DNA of 64,000 nucleotides from Eledone cirrhosa. Its lineage: Eukaryota. Each line of letters starts with the position of its first letter. Within the stretch, counting starts at the first letter, position 1. Below, in pieces: positions 26,511 to 39,544 of the stretch. The DNA lies in assembly GCA_964016885.1 (NCBI GenBank), contig OZ024745.1:14818001-14882000 (forward strand), in the 5' to 3' direction. A program made the translations under genes and the position numbers. The notes below the pieces were generated by a model that saw only the letters and a list, made by a program, of their open reading frames with translations, searched no databases and was not told the origin of the DNA.

Positions 26511-26578
26511 CGTGTGTATATATATATATATGTGGGTGTTTGTATGTGTATTTATGGTGGTATGAGTGTGTGGATATC

Positions 26579-26609
<31 letters not shown>

Positions 26610-26620
26610 GTATGAGTGTA

Positions 26621-26651
<31 letters not shown>

Positions 26652-27076
26652 GTGAATATATATATATATATATATATATGTGTATGTATGTGTGTATATA
26701 TATATCTCTATTAATGCGTGTGTGTATGTATATACATATGCCTTTTTATTATTATTTTTATTTGTATGTCTGAGTTAGGTGAGGTTGTAGTGATTTTTTA
26801 TGTATATACGCATATAATGGATGCGTATGTATTTGTATATATGAGTATAAGTAAGTGCATATGTATGTATGATTATATATCTAATTCTATGTATGAATAT
26901 ACATGTATATATATATGTGTGTATGTAAGTTGTGTGTGTATGTATCTACATGTCTATGTGTGTGTATATATATATATGTATATATATATATGTATATCGA
27001 TGTGCGTATATATATGTACATGTATGTACATGTATGTGTGTATGTATGTGTATGTATATTTAGATGTATGTGTGTG

Positions 27077-27119
<43 letters not shown>

Positions 27120-27420
27120 ATATGTATATAGGTATATATCTTTATTATTTATTTTTTATATATATGTGTATGTGTGTATGTGTCGCGTGTGTGTGTGTGT
27201 GTATATATATATCTTTATATATGTGTATGTGTGTGTTCGTGTAAGTGTATGTGTGTGTATGACTGTATATGTATGTGTGTATGTGTGTATGCGTAAATAT
27301 TTCTATGTGTGCGTACATGTATGTATGTGTATATATCTGTATGTGTATGTATATTATATTATATTTATTATATTTTATTGTTTTATTTTTTTATTTTTCT
27401 TAATTTATAGATACATTTAT
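26405..27420. repeat. Degenerate (TA)/(TG)/(TATG) low-complexity tract
   Basis: Direct inspection. Confidence 0.85.
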
Positions 27421-28134
27421 ATTAGGCAGTCTGCTCAGACAATTGAATACTGACCCCTCCCCCCCTCCCACCTAATTTCTGTATCTTGATCTAGAAATGT
27501 GTGTGCCAGTGTTTTATGTGAGTGAATTAATATCCATGTGCTTATGATTTTATATCCACATATATAAATGTGAGTGGGGATGTGTGTGTGTTTGTATGTT
27601 CGTGGTTATGTGTATATTTATGCATATACGCGCGTGTATGTGTGATTGTACTGATATGTGTGAGTATGAAAAAATATATTTATATACTTGATTTCATAAG
27701 TATCAATCCGCATCTTATCTGCGCATTGTAAGCTTACAGAGATATTAACCTTGAAATTTTGTAATTGCATCCATCCTTTTAGTATGCGTATACAAATTAT
27801 ACATACATTTTTGTAAAATATGTGTAAGGGTTTTACATGTATATACACACACCGAACTGCATTTAACCCTTTGTGTTTTCATTGGTCAATTTTGAACTGA
27901 AATTTTGAATTGTTGTTATTATCAATAAATATACTTCATTATTTCTGAAGACGGCGTATATGTGTGTTTGGTATGTATATTTAATCTTGATAATTTGTAT
28001 AATTTTGTATAATTTTGTACATAGATCTGTTGAATATGCATACCAATTATAACACATATATATCCTAGAAACGATCGTTAAATAATGAACTTTTTTTGTT
28101 TAATATAAGGAATTGTTTATTCATTATTTGTTTA

Positions 28135-28206
<72 letters not shown>

Positions 28207-28372
28207 AAGAGTGAATAATAACATGGTCGGCTGTAGAAAAAGTTTTTTATTTATAGTATTAACAATTGTTTCATTGGTGAGGTGAGTCTAAAGGGCGCTA
28301 ATCACTCAAAATTGCGTCACTCGACCTTAAATACAGTGTGTGTCTCTGTTCAAATCATCGGAATACTATATA

Positions 28373-28409
<37 letters not shown>

Positions 28410-28412
<3 letters not shown>

Positions 28413-28550
28413 AACCAGTAAGACCCCGACAGCTGAGCTCAAGCCGTTTCGACGGCTAATTCTGGACTAATTACCCACTCTACTACCTCAAGTATTGAGT
28501 ACTTTGGTGCGTTATGGTCCACCTGGTTCCTTACCACATTTCCTTCGTTA
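28410..28550. repeat. Short dispersed (TA)n-embedded repeat family copy (internally rearranged)
   Basis: GACCCCGACAGCTGAGCTCAAGCCGTTTCGACGGC plus an inverted GGTCCACCTGGTTCCTTACCAC segment. Confidence 0.75.
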
Positions 28551-31079
28551 TATATATATATATATGAAATAGTTTGTCTTAATTTTACACGCTTTTCTAA
28601 ACAATATACTCAACATAATACATTATTTTATATACTAATTACTAATGAGATTTTAGACTAGGAATGTTTTCCTGTTTGTCTGCATTGTAGACGAATGTTT
28701 GGCTACTTATAGTCTGGATGAAATCAAATTACCACTGAACTAAACGAATAATTTGCGGTTTAAATATTTTAACCGGTCTGTATTGGGAATAACTTCTCAT
28801 AAATACATTCACAATGTTGAGTAAATTTCTATATCTCATCTTAGATAAAACATCATTAAGCTTTTAACTTCGTCACTAGGATTAAAATGGACAAAAGAAT
28901 TACTATCCTCTTTACTGTTACGCATAGAATACATTATTTATTCCATTGTAATTCTACGGGTGTTTCCTGTCTTACAATCTCCTGTGAATACCATAACTGT
29001 TTGGTTTGGCACCATCGTGCCACGAATTATATTTCTCTGTATATCTTGTAACGTAATGCTGTAATTTTAAATTATTTATAAATAATCCCATTTGTATTTA
29101 ATACAAAGTTTCTCTTGTCACATAAGCCCTGATATTAGTCAGAAACGTAAAAAACAAACTTTTATCTGTTAAATCACATCCATTTACCTAGGAAGTATAT
29201 CAACTGAAATTATATCGTACCCCAAACCTCTAAAACTTCATGCATGATTCAGGTTATATATCCTATAAATATTTTTGAAGATAATATGTAGACCTCCTGT
29301 TCCATTGTTTGGGGGTTTAAATACATTTTGTCTTTGTTTTTCGAAAGTAGTACTCTCCGGAATATTATACCCGACATGACACGTCTATATAAACAGTATC
29401 TCTATAGTTACGTGTTATCATATATATTTTGTCTTTTTATATCTCTGCTCACGTGTATCTCTTCACTAATTATATTAATCGATTATTTATAAAATTAGTG
29501 ATTTTAAGTTTATGGGCGTTTCCTATCATTTTAGTTGGTAAAATATGTTCGCAGTCATAGGTTTGTCATCACTCGCCCCCTCCTGATAGTAATGAAACAC
29601 ACACAAAATAGATGAGTCTTAAACAAGTTATAATGCTATGAAATCATATTATTTTGTTTTCTTTGAATTTAATGAGTTTATATTGTAGTAGTAGACGGAC
29701 ACTTTTGACAGGGCGAGTGGACAACAGGAGGGGCTCCAGAGAAAGGACACCCATCAAGCACGTTTTTCGGTCCTTGATTTCTCCTAACACTCTAAAGGAG
29801 CTGGACACACATAGACCATGGCTCCTAGGTATACTCCTGCTGATTTTCCCATCCAACTGGTGATCTTGTTTCCCATTCCTACTGTTTACACCACTCAGCC
29901 AGTATGACCATCAACAGAAATAGGTTCATGTCTATTTAAACAGCAATCAATGCTCGCGACTTGATGTACTTTAACTTAGTTCCAGTTGTCATTCCTCTTT
30001 CACGATAGCCATATTGAGCTTTCTTCAGTTGACACTGACAGGCGTTTGATAGTTGTTGTATGTAAATTAAAGGTGTTAATGTTGACACCAATACAGTACT
30101 TCGTTCCCGTGAAAGACGAACCAACCAAAAATCGTAGCAGAGTTGTAGGAATGAATATATATTCTGGAGAAACATCCAAAATATAAATAATTTCTATATA
30201 ATCATGTACCTGGGTGTGGTTTAAATGTTCTCTATAGAGATGTACACTCTATAGATCTAACTTCATTTAATCTACATATTTGAGAAATTTGATTGATCCA
30301 TTGTAATCACAGTAAACAGCTGATAAAAAAACAAAAAAAAAACTTTCATTACAATAGTAGAGAAGATAATGTTAATCTTATATCATTTAACAACACTGGC
30401 ATTCACATTCAGATGCGATAATACAGAAGCGTGTCCACATTCGGAACAATTCACGATACTAAAAGCTATTAAAACACATACGCAGAGATACAAAAGGAAC
30501 AAATAAAAGGCTAATGATAATTTAAATAATTCACACATACACACCTGAAATGCCATGAAATTTATATAGAAGCTTCCATATCGTAACTTTATATCACTCT
30601 TGGAATTTAATTTATTTTTATTGTTCGTAAACCTATCTCTGTTCATCTTCATTAGGGAGAATATCGTGAACTTCTTAATTGAGTTACTATCATTTATCTC
30701 TTATCTGATCTGGAGTAGCTTCTTGGCGTAGACTCAGTTCTAGAAAGACACATCAATAATTCAATTTTCTCTTTTAAACGCCAACTGATGGATATTTATA
30801 TTAGTGTTGTGTGTCTACCGTCTATCTATCTCTACCCACTCACACACACATACACAACGCACATACACACATAAACGCTTATATGTATTGTATATATATT
30901 GTAAATACATATATATATATATATACATATATATATACATATATATGTATATATATATATATGTATATATATATGTATATATACATATTTATAATATAAA
31001 TAATATATATATATATATATATATAATTTATGTATATATGTATAAATATTATATTATATCGCACTGGAACTGACAATAA

Positions 31080-31403
31080 TAATTGTTTCTACTTTAGGCA
31101 CAAGGCCAGCAATTACCCATTGCATTACTGGTACTTCATTTTATCGACCTCGTAAGGATGAAAGGCAAAGTCAAGCTCGGCGGGATTTGAACTCAGAGTT
31201 TAAAGGGACGTAACTATGCTGGAAAGCATGGCATCCGACCCTCTACCGGTACTGCCAATCCACCACCCTAGCATGGCATCCGACCCTCTACCGGTACTGC
31301 CAATCCACCACCCTAGCATGGCATCCGACCCTCTACCGGTACTGCCAATCCACCGCCCTAGCATGGTGTCCGACCCTCTACCGGTACTGCCAATCCACCA
31401 CCT
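31080..31403 (-). mobile_element. tRNA-derived SINE with a 4x tandem-amplified 45-bp 5' head
   Basis: Reverse-complement B-box GAGTTCAAATCCCGCCGAG and TTTGCCTTTCATCC body; 45-bp unit repeated at 31225-31403. Confidence 0.8.
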
Positions 31404-32052
31404 TCTGACAATAATAATACGATGAGGAGATGCAAAGGGAACAGCCTACTTGAATAGTTGTTACAAAAGATTGAGAAAGTGCTTTAATAAGAATGTTGTT
31501 GGACAACAGGTAAGGATGTCAAGACAGTAATAAGAGATACAGAAGGAAGAACAAAGGGCGAAGAAGAATGTTTTGTAGTATTATTAATTCAGAGTTCGGG
31601 TTTCAAAAATAGGGTACAATAATAATATATTTCGATAATTAACACACATAGCAAACGAGAGACGTAAGGAGAATTCCCCTCTAATCAGCAATATTTTGTA
31701 CGTGTTTGTAGTTTCAGAGGCCTTAAAGTAGTACTACTCTCCCGAAAGCACACGTTAATATTAGAGGAATGTGAGATGTTCCTTATACAAAATTGACAGA
31801 TACTGGACAAAACAACGTCACAGATCAGGTCATTACTGTAACTGCTGTGGCTCGCTCTGTTTCTCCCCCACACCCTCTTTCTTTCTCTCTCTCTCTCTCT
31901 GTCTCACTCTTTCTCTTTCCCTCTCACACTCTGCCCTCACACATTTCTGACTACTGACCTGACGTTGACGAGCAGGAATTTTACTGTGAACATCTCCTTC
32001 TCCAAGATACTCTTTTGTTCGTCATACGTAATAATTTAGAACACACACACAC

Positions 32053-32083
<31 letters not shown>

Positions 32084-32164
32084 TGTATGTATGTATGTAT
32101 GTATGTATGTATGTATGTATGTATGTATGTATCTATGTATGTATGTATGTATGTATATATGTAT

Positions 32165-33448
32165 GTCACCCTCCTCACCAAGAGACCTTGGTGGGGTTGC
32201 CAGTTTAGTCGCCAACGACCCGACCATGAGACAGGTTGTACTGGGATACATGTTACCAGTAGCACCAACTGGTGACCTGACACATTTGGACATCCTGCAG
32301 GACTAAAAACAAAACCTGTCAAAGGGCAAAGGAGCTCTTAAGAGTCAATGGCCATCCAAAATCACCGGGAGAGATGACCCCTTAGCCTTTGCCAAGGCAG
32401 AATTCTAGAAGGAAAACTCTGATATAACACCTGCAACCCTGATGGTATCCAATGATGTTGACTTGTTCTTCTTTTTGGTAAATATCATCTTGGTTAAGGG
32501 AGTGGGACTGGCTTTGTGCAATGCCTTTGCTCACTATAAAAGCTTCACGGCATAGGTAATGCTTTATATCTGGAGATCTCTCTGCACTTGTCATCACATG
32601 GTACCATGGGCCCAGCACTGTGTGTCAATAATTGTCACAGGTGTAGTGTTTGTACCAGAGTTTTCAAGTCGCTGGCTGGACTAAAAAGTCACACTCGTTC
32701 AGCGCATCGGTAGGGGTTCTCCTACATGGATATAAAGTAGTGGCCGTACTCGAAAACGAGTTGGCAGCCACCATGTATGTATGTATGTATGTATGTATGT
32801 ATGTATGTATGTATGTATGTATGTATGTATGTATGTATGTCAGGTCACCAGTTGGTGCTACTGGTAACATGTATCCCAGTACAACCTGTCTCATGGTCGG
32901 GACGTTGGCGACTAAACTGGCAACCCCACCAAGGTTTCTTGGTGAGGAGGGTGACTTTGGACATCCTGCAGGACTAAAAACAAAACCTGTCAAAGGGCAA
33001 AGGATCTCTTTAGAGTCAATGGCCATCCAAAATCACCGGGAGAGATGACCCCTTAGCCTTTGTCAAGGCAGAATTCTAGGAGAAGGAAAACTCTGATATA
33101 ACACCTGCAACTCTGATGGTATCCAATGATGTTGACTTGTTCTTCTTTTTGGTAAATATCATCTTGGTTAAGAGAGTGGGACTGGCTTTGTGCAGTGCCT
33201 TTGCTCACTATAAAAGCTTCACGGCACAGGCATTGCTTTATATCTGGAGATCTCTCTGCACTTGTCGTCACATGGTACCATGGGCCTAGCACTATGTGTC
33301 AATAATTGTCACAAGTGTAGTGTTTGTACCAGAGTTTTCAAGTCGCTGGCTGGACTAGAATGTCACACTCGTTCAGCGCATTGGTGGGGGTTCTCCTACA
33401 TGGATATAAAGTAGTGGCCGTACTCGAAAACGAGTTGGCAGCCACCAT
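32165..33448 (+). mobile_element. Two tandem ~610-bp copies of a non-coding element bounded by (TATG)n, possibly derived from a non-LTR (RTE-like) 5' UTR
   Basis: 32285-32773 matches 32956-33448; leading 117 bp inverted between copies; GAAGGAAAACTCTGA motif reminiscent of RTE-type UTRs (inference). Confidence 0.6.
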
Positions 33449-33581
33449 GTATGTATGTATGTATGTATGTATGTATGTATGTATGTATGTATGTATGTAT
33501 GTATGTACGTATGTATGTACGTATGTATGTATGTATGTATGTATGTATGTATGTATGTATGTATGTATGTATGTATGTATG

Positions 33582-34222
33582 TTCTTCTGGTTTTATAATT
33601 TCACAAAGTTTTACCAATAGAGAGAGAGTCGGTTTCTAACATAGACACAATACTCTCTCATTGGAATTTACACAACATCAACTAGGTAAATTATGCATGC
33701 ATGCATGTGTAGATATGGATGTTATTGTATGTGTGGATGTGTATGTTTTGAGTTGTATGTGTGTATGTGTATATGCTTTGTATCTGTACATGTGTATACG
33801 CAGTTATTAGATGCAACATTTTTGGAATGTTTTACATATTTTTACTGTTCCATTAATGGATTGTACTTGTAATTTCCTAACTAGTTGTGTTCTTTCTGTT
33901 CCTGTGAAGCCTAGCTTCTCAAGATTTGTATTGAGGCAGTTACTAACATACCCCAGTGCCCCAATAATCACAGGCGTAAATCTGAAGGTGTAATCAGGGT
34001 GAAGTATCTGCAGATTTCTCATCAGTTCTGCATAAATATTCTCCTTTTCGCTAATCTTTTATATTATATTGGCATCTGCTGGGCAGCTAACTTCCACTAC
34101 TGTGCATGTTTTCTTCTCCCTGTCCCATATCATAATATCTGGTCTGTTATGCTTGCATTTTATTAGCGTTTTTACTGGAACATTCCACCAGTACTCTTTG
34201 ATATTATGTACATGGATGTCTT
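33582..34222 (-). mobile_element. 3' end of an R4/Dong-like RLE non-LTR retrotransposon inserted in (CATA)n
   Basis: YWWNVPVKT..KHNRPDIMIWDREKKTCTVVEVSCP..K..Y..L..FTPVIIGALG; flanked on both sides by (TATG)n. Confidence 0.8.
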
Positions 34223-34559
34223 CCACATTGTTGTAGCTTTTAATGTGTATGTATGTATGTATGTATGTATGTATGTATGTATGTATGTATGTATGTATGT
34301 ATGTATGTATGTATGTATGTATTGAGTATCTGCAGTACGGGGACCGGTAAGACAACAAATCAGAGTAGTACTCAATATGTTGGAAAAAGAAGTTAAAAAT
34401 GCAATTGGAGTCTTTCAGAAGATATCTTTACAATAACTCATGTTTTATGATTTTTAAAAGTAACGAGAGTGATGGAGTGGTGTGTGGCTATTTCGTCATG
34501 TAACTTACATCTAACTAGTGTTACAAGTTCTCTCAGTTGTGTATATATATATATATATT

Positions 34560-34614
<55 letters not shown>

Positions 34615-35161
34615 GACGTAAAATAAAAAAATTATAAAAATTTACTTACTTACTAAAATTTCACTCCAACTAATTAGTTTCTGAAAGGGAATAAACATGG
34701 TTTCCAATTGGAACAACATGGAGAAATATCCTTTCGTCATCAGGGAGATCTGTTCTCAGCTACTTTCATATAATTGTTCTGCATCCCCTTGCATTGAACC
34801 ACAAAGTTACTAAGACAAAACCTATATATTTGCTAGCATAGGTGTACATCTGTATCATACACCTACGGTAGTAGGTGTATAATATTCTTAAGGTCCCATT
34901 TCGGTCACTCGCGACACCTTCAAAGCTTTGTCACTAATTCAATTTTTGATAGAATTGGATACGGTTTCATGCACTTTATAGGACCACAGATAAGCTACTT
35001 TTTGACATAAAAATATTGAAATTTGGTTCAGTAGAAAAAAAGTTACATAAAAATAAGTGAGGACCAAAAGAGTGTAAGGAACTACATACATAAGTAACGC
35101 TTAGTTTGTTTCTAATTTCTAATACATTAAAATAGTGATAGATTGTGCAATAGTGAATTGT

Positions 35162-35234
35162 GGTCAGGTAGCTCAGTCGGTAGAGCAGCGGACCGGCAAT
35201 CCGAAGGTCGTGGGTTTGAATCCCACTCTGATTA
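35162..35234 (+). pseudogene. tRNA-like sequence (anticodon position GGC); probable tRNA pseudogene or TE-borne tRNA module
   Basis: Cloverleaf GGTCAGG/TCTGATT, D arm GCTC/GAGC, T arm GTGGG-TTTGAAT-CCCAC; C33, mutated T-loop, no G3:U70; TTTT follows. Confidence 0.7.
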
Positions 35235-35338
35235 CTTTTCCTATCTGCACTTCTTCCTATTCATTATTATTTATTATTATTATTTAACTTATTTGTTGAT
35301 AAATATTTCCTTGCATTGCCTGGAATAAAAGTGGATTA

Positions 35339-36490
35339 CAGGGAAAAATGCGGGCGCATGTAAAGAAATATTCTAGAAAAGTAAAGGACAAGTTATTACA
35401 CCTGGAAAAGTAAAGGACAAGAAAACTTCTTAAAACTTCTTAAAATATTGCAGCTAAAGTCTAAATTTGAAAAAAAATATTTAGATTATAAATAATTATA
35501 AGTTAATTGTTAAAAAAATATCACTTTAAAGGACTGGAAAAATAGGGAGAGTTGACTACTGTATACTTAATTTTTTTCTTGGTGTATACAAATTAATCTT
35601 TTTAAAATAAAATTTGTACAATAATTTGTACAATAATTAATTAATAATAATAATAATAATAATTAATATGTACAATTTATTAATTTATGTTATAAGATAT
35701 TTAAAAATGTTCACTCTTAATCAAATTATATTTTTAAAAATTTAGTTATAAAATAATGCAGTAAAATAAATAAAAAACAGTGCATCATATAATTGCACTT
35801 TTTATGAGTATTACAGATTTTTTTTATAATATAGTAAAATTCAACATCTCAAGGGGCAAAATTAGGTAAAAGTCAATTCATCAATTATTCAATTATAGTG
35901 AATTCATCAATTCATTAGATGAACTGTTGAATTAGACAATGTTTAATTTTTAATTGTAGTCTAATTTTACTCGACCTAAAAATGTAGATTGGTTATTTTG
36001 ATCTCTGACAGGTCTTAAATTTCATTATTAAACAATTATAATTTGTTATTATTTATCATTACAGTTGGCTCCCTAATTAATTATTAATTAATTCTTAGTG
36101 TCATTTACACTCCAACATTTTGTTTTATTTGATGTTTATAATTGTCACTCATTTTTTCAGTCCCATTTAGTAAAGTAAAATAAAGTATATTTATTTAATG
36201 ACCCAACCACTATGGTGTAAATTAGGATCACAAAATTAAATAAATGATCATAAATTAGTATTATTATCAATTAGAGAGTCAACTGTATTATTAGAATTTA
36301 TCACTTTCTATGTATATTTAAATCAAATATTTTTTATTATTCAAATTTATACTTTAGCTGCAACATTTTAAGAAGTTTTAAGAAGAAGTTTTCTTGTCCT
36401 TTACTTTTCCAGGTGTAATAACTTGTCCTTTAATTTTCTAAGTTTATTAATTTAAGAATATTTCATTACATGCGCCCGCATTTTTCCCTG
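35339..36490. mobile_element. Non-autonomous DNA transposon / foldback element with ~150-bp terminal inverted repeats
   Basis: CAGGGAAAAATGCGGGCGCATGTAA...AAAGGACAAG.. versus ..CTTGTCCTTT...TTACATGCGCCCGCATTTTTCCCTG; AT-rich non-coding interior; TA on the left flank. Confidence 0.8.
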
Positions 36491-36519
36491 CAATATATAT
36501 GTTGGTAGATATACTAATT

Positions 36520-36567
<48 letters not shown>

Positions 36568-36714
36568 CGTAGTTAAGAAAGCCACAACAATGCAGAGGGA
36601 AATCTCGAGGTAGGAAGTGAATGATAGATAGGAGAAACAGGTGAAAGTGAAAATTGAGAGAGACAAAGATGAAAACAAAACAAAGGTAGAAGGGTTACCG
36701 TAGTGGAGATTTAA

Positions 36715-36750
36715 TCCCAATATTTCGGGCTCACGCCCATCAACGGGGGA
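36715..36750 (-). ncRNA. Degenerate hammerhead ribozyme in PLE 3' UTR
   Basis: Reverse complement: TCCC-CCGTTGA-T-GGGC-GTGA-GCCC-GAAA-TA-TT-GGGA; core CUGAUGA mutated to CCGUUGA. Confidence 0.6.
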
Positions 36751-36999
36751 AAGTTCCAAAGGGGGGGAACAGGCCAAGCGGAGAAAGTTGTGATGTCGTT
36801 AAGACAGGAATGCCGTTATGGGGAGAAAATTATTTAAAATTTAAACGAGGGAAAGAATGCGCGTGCGCGTGATAGGCTGTGGCAAAAGCTACTGACCAAA
36901 TGGGTTAAATCAAGAGGGTGCGCTAGCGTGTGAAAGCCGTAAAATATGTGAGTGTAAATATATATGTGTGTGTAACTGTGTGTGTATAAGTGTAAGTGT

Positions 37000-37310
37000 G
37001 TATATGTGTGAGTGTGTGTGTGTGTGAAAGATAGTGGGCTGTAGAAGCTGGAAGTCAAAGGGTGTGAAAGGTGGTAGGTTGTAAAACATGTGTGCGTGTA
37101 TAAATATAGATGTGTGTGTGTAAGCGTATGGGTATACATGTGTGTGTATATGTGTGAGTGCGTGTGTGTGTGAAAGATAGTGGGCTGTAGAAGCTGGAAA
37201 TCAAAGTGTGTGAAAGGTGGTAGGTTGTAAAAACATGTGTGCGTGTATAAATATAGATGTGTGTGTGTATGCGTATGGGTATGCATATACGTGCGTGTGT
37301 GTGAAGATAG
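37000..37310. repeat. ~145-bp tandem duplication in the PLE 3' UTR
   Basis: GAAAGATAGTGGGCTGTAGAAGCTGGAA...GGTGGTAGGTTGTAAAA occurs twice. Confidence 0.8.
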
Positions 37311-37340
37311 CAGGCCGTAGGCTGTGAATGGTCACTATGG

Positions 37341-39350
37341 TTAAGTTAGCCATGTCAGCTCATTTCTCTCAGCCTGGTTATTAAGTGGGGGTCTGAGGTT
37401 CTTAATAACAAGTGCTTCCTTTATCCTTAAGGATCCGATGCTGCGTTCAGTCGCTAGGACTGTGACCAAGGGTCTACCCTGTGGGTTTCCGCATTTAAGG
37501 ATGTGTTTACGGAAGGAAGATGCGTTGGTGTTGATATGTTCCTTGATACGAACATGTAGGGGTCGGATGGTGCTACCTATGTAAAACTTGTTACATTTAT
37601 CGCATTGAATCTTATATACGACATAGGTGCGTAGGCAATCTTCCCCCCGTATCGGGCAGTTGCTGAGGGAACACGTCCCATCTGACTCGTCGGGTTTGTT
37701 GGAGAGGCATCTTCGCAGCGAAGGTCCTGTGTGGGCCAAATGTATGTCAAGTCCCTCCGTCCGTATGGCCCTGCGGATGGCGTTCGTGGTATATTCACTC
37801 AGGTGGGGATTTTAAAGAAGCACCTGCTTTTATTTAAGTTTCTAGTGGGTGTCTGTCTATTGGGTCTGGGGTCTCTAATTCCGTTAATCAGTCGCTTGGG
37901 ATAACCATTAGATCTGAGTAGATTACGGAATTGCGTGGTATGGGTGAGACCACCCATCGGGTCGCTGCATCTGTTAGTGATCCGTGTCAGTTCATTTAGG
38001 ACATAGCCTCTCTTAGCGTTGTTGGGGTGGGGAGGGCTGAGTTGTAATGCACAAATAAGTCCTTGCACGCTGCTTTGCGGTAGAAGGTGGTGTTTATGTC
38101 TCCTTCTTCCGAGATGTTGATACGGAAGTCGAGGAGGGCGACTGACCCGTCTTCTCCTGGGTGTTCGATGGTGAAATCGACGTGATGGTCAGTATCGTTG
38201 AAGATTTGGTGAATTTCATTCGCCATCTCACGGGAAGAAGTAAGTATCAGGATGTCATCAACGTATCTGGAGTAGAAGGCGACGGCGTTGGGTTGGCAGG
38301 TATTGAGTGCCTTGCGTTCCAGGTGGTCCATGTACGAGATCGCAAGTATGCCGGACAGACTAGAGCCCATAGGTAGCCCAGAGATTTGTTTGTACGTGTG
38401 GCCGAGGAAATTGAAGAGTGCATTATCCACAACGAAGGAGAGGAGTTGGTGGATGTCCGTGTGTGTGAGTCCGAAGCAGTGTAAGTTAGATGCTCGGACT
38501 CGTTCGGTCAACAGGTCGACAGCTGGGGATGCTGGTACGGAGGTATAAAGGGCGACAACATCAAGACTGAAGGCATAACCGTTGTCCTTTCTGGTGTTGG
38601 GCGCCAGATGGTGTAGTCGCTCCAAGACCTCCTTTGAGCTGCAGACGTGGGCTGGTAGTGTGTGTAGAATGGGTTTCAGTAGTGTGGAGAGCAGCCACGA
38701 TATTTTGTAGAGTGGGCCCTCCACGCTAGAAACAATGGGCCTGATTTTCAAATCGGGTCCTTGTTTATGTGTTTTAACCAGGTGGTAGAAGGTTGGTAGT
38801 TTGCTGTTTCGAGTCATTATGTTGTTTTTTACCTTCTTTGGCAGTTTTCGTTGGACACAGATGTTAGTCCATATGGTGTTAATGCCTTCCTCGATTAGAG
38901 TCGAGGAGGTCCCTGTGACTTTCGAGTAGAGGCTGTGGTCATTAAGATGTTGGAGAGCTAAGTTGTTGTAGGTCTCTCTCGAGATGACACAGAATTCTTT
39001 CCCCTTGTCAGAGGGAAGGTACACAAGGTTCCTGGATCTTAGGTTGGTGAGAGTATTAAATTGTGCATTGGTGAGGTTGCGTTTATTGTGTGTGTGTGTG
39101 TGTGTGTTGGGAAAGGATGTTAGAGATAGAATGTTTCAACCTGAGTAGTTTAGTGTCAAGTTCGTGGTTGGTGGGTGGGGGGTGGAGTGGGTTGTCGAGG
39201 TGATACGTGGGGAGTGTGGGGTGGGTTGTGGGGTTGTAATCGATCTCGGTGTTGTTTTGGATGGCGGTTAGCCATTTCAGTTGATATGCTGTCCGACAGA
39301 AGTTGGTTTCGATATCGAGTTTCAGTCTATCATCGAGACGCTGTGTAATG
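37341..39350 (-). pseudogene. PLE RT/GIY-YIG polyprotein with several frameshifts
   Basis: LPSDKG, FYHLVKTHK..IRPIVS, FSLDVVALYTSVP, GLPMGSSLS, YSRYVDD, VVYKIQC..C..FYIGSTIRPLHVRIKEH, IKEALVI..PPLN. Confidence 0.88.
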
Positions 39351-39351
39351 A

Positions 39352-39426
<75 letters not shown>

Positions 39427-39449
39427 ACATACATATATATATATATATA

Positions 39450-39544
<95 letters not shown>

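Larger units (their letters stand above)
36570..39350 (-). mobile_element. Penelope-like element with frameshifted ORF and 3' UTR
   Basis: RT and GIY-YIG fragments on the minus strand; degenerate HHR in the 3' UTR; (TA)n flanks. Confidence 0.88.

Noticed and set aside
28256-28335. Minus-strand GAAACAATTGTT-AATAC resembling an HHR 3' half
   Set aside because: CUGANGA core not recognisable; at best a heavily decayed relic
29644-29936. GC-richer segment with overlapping ~70-aa ORFs as a possible host exon
   Set aside because: No recognisable domain or supported splice structure
34690-34748. Minus-strand CTGATGA...GAAA
   Set aside because: Stems I and II do not pair convincingly
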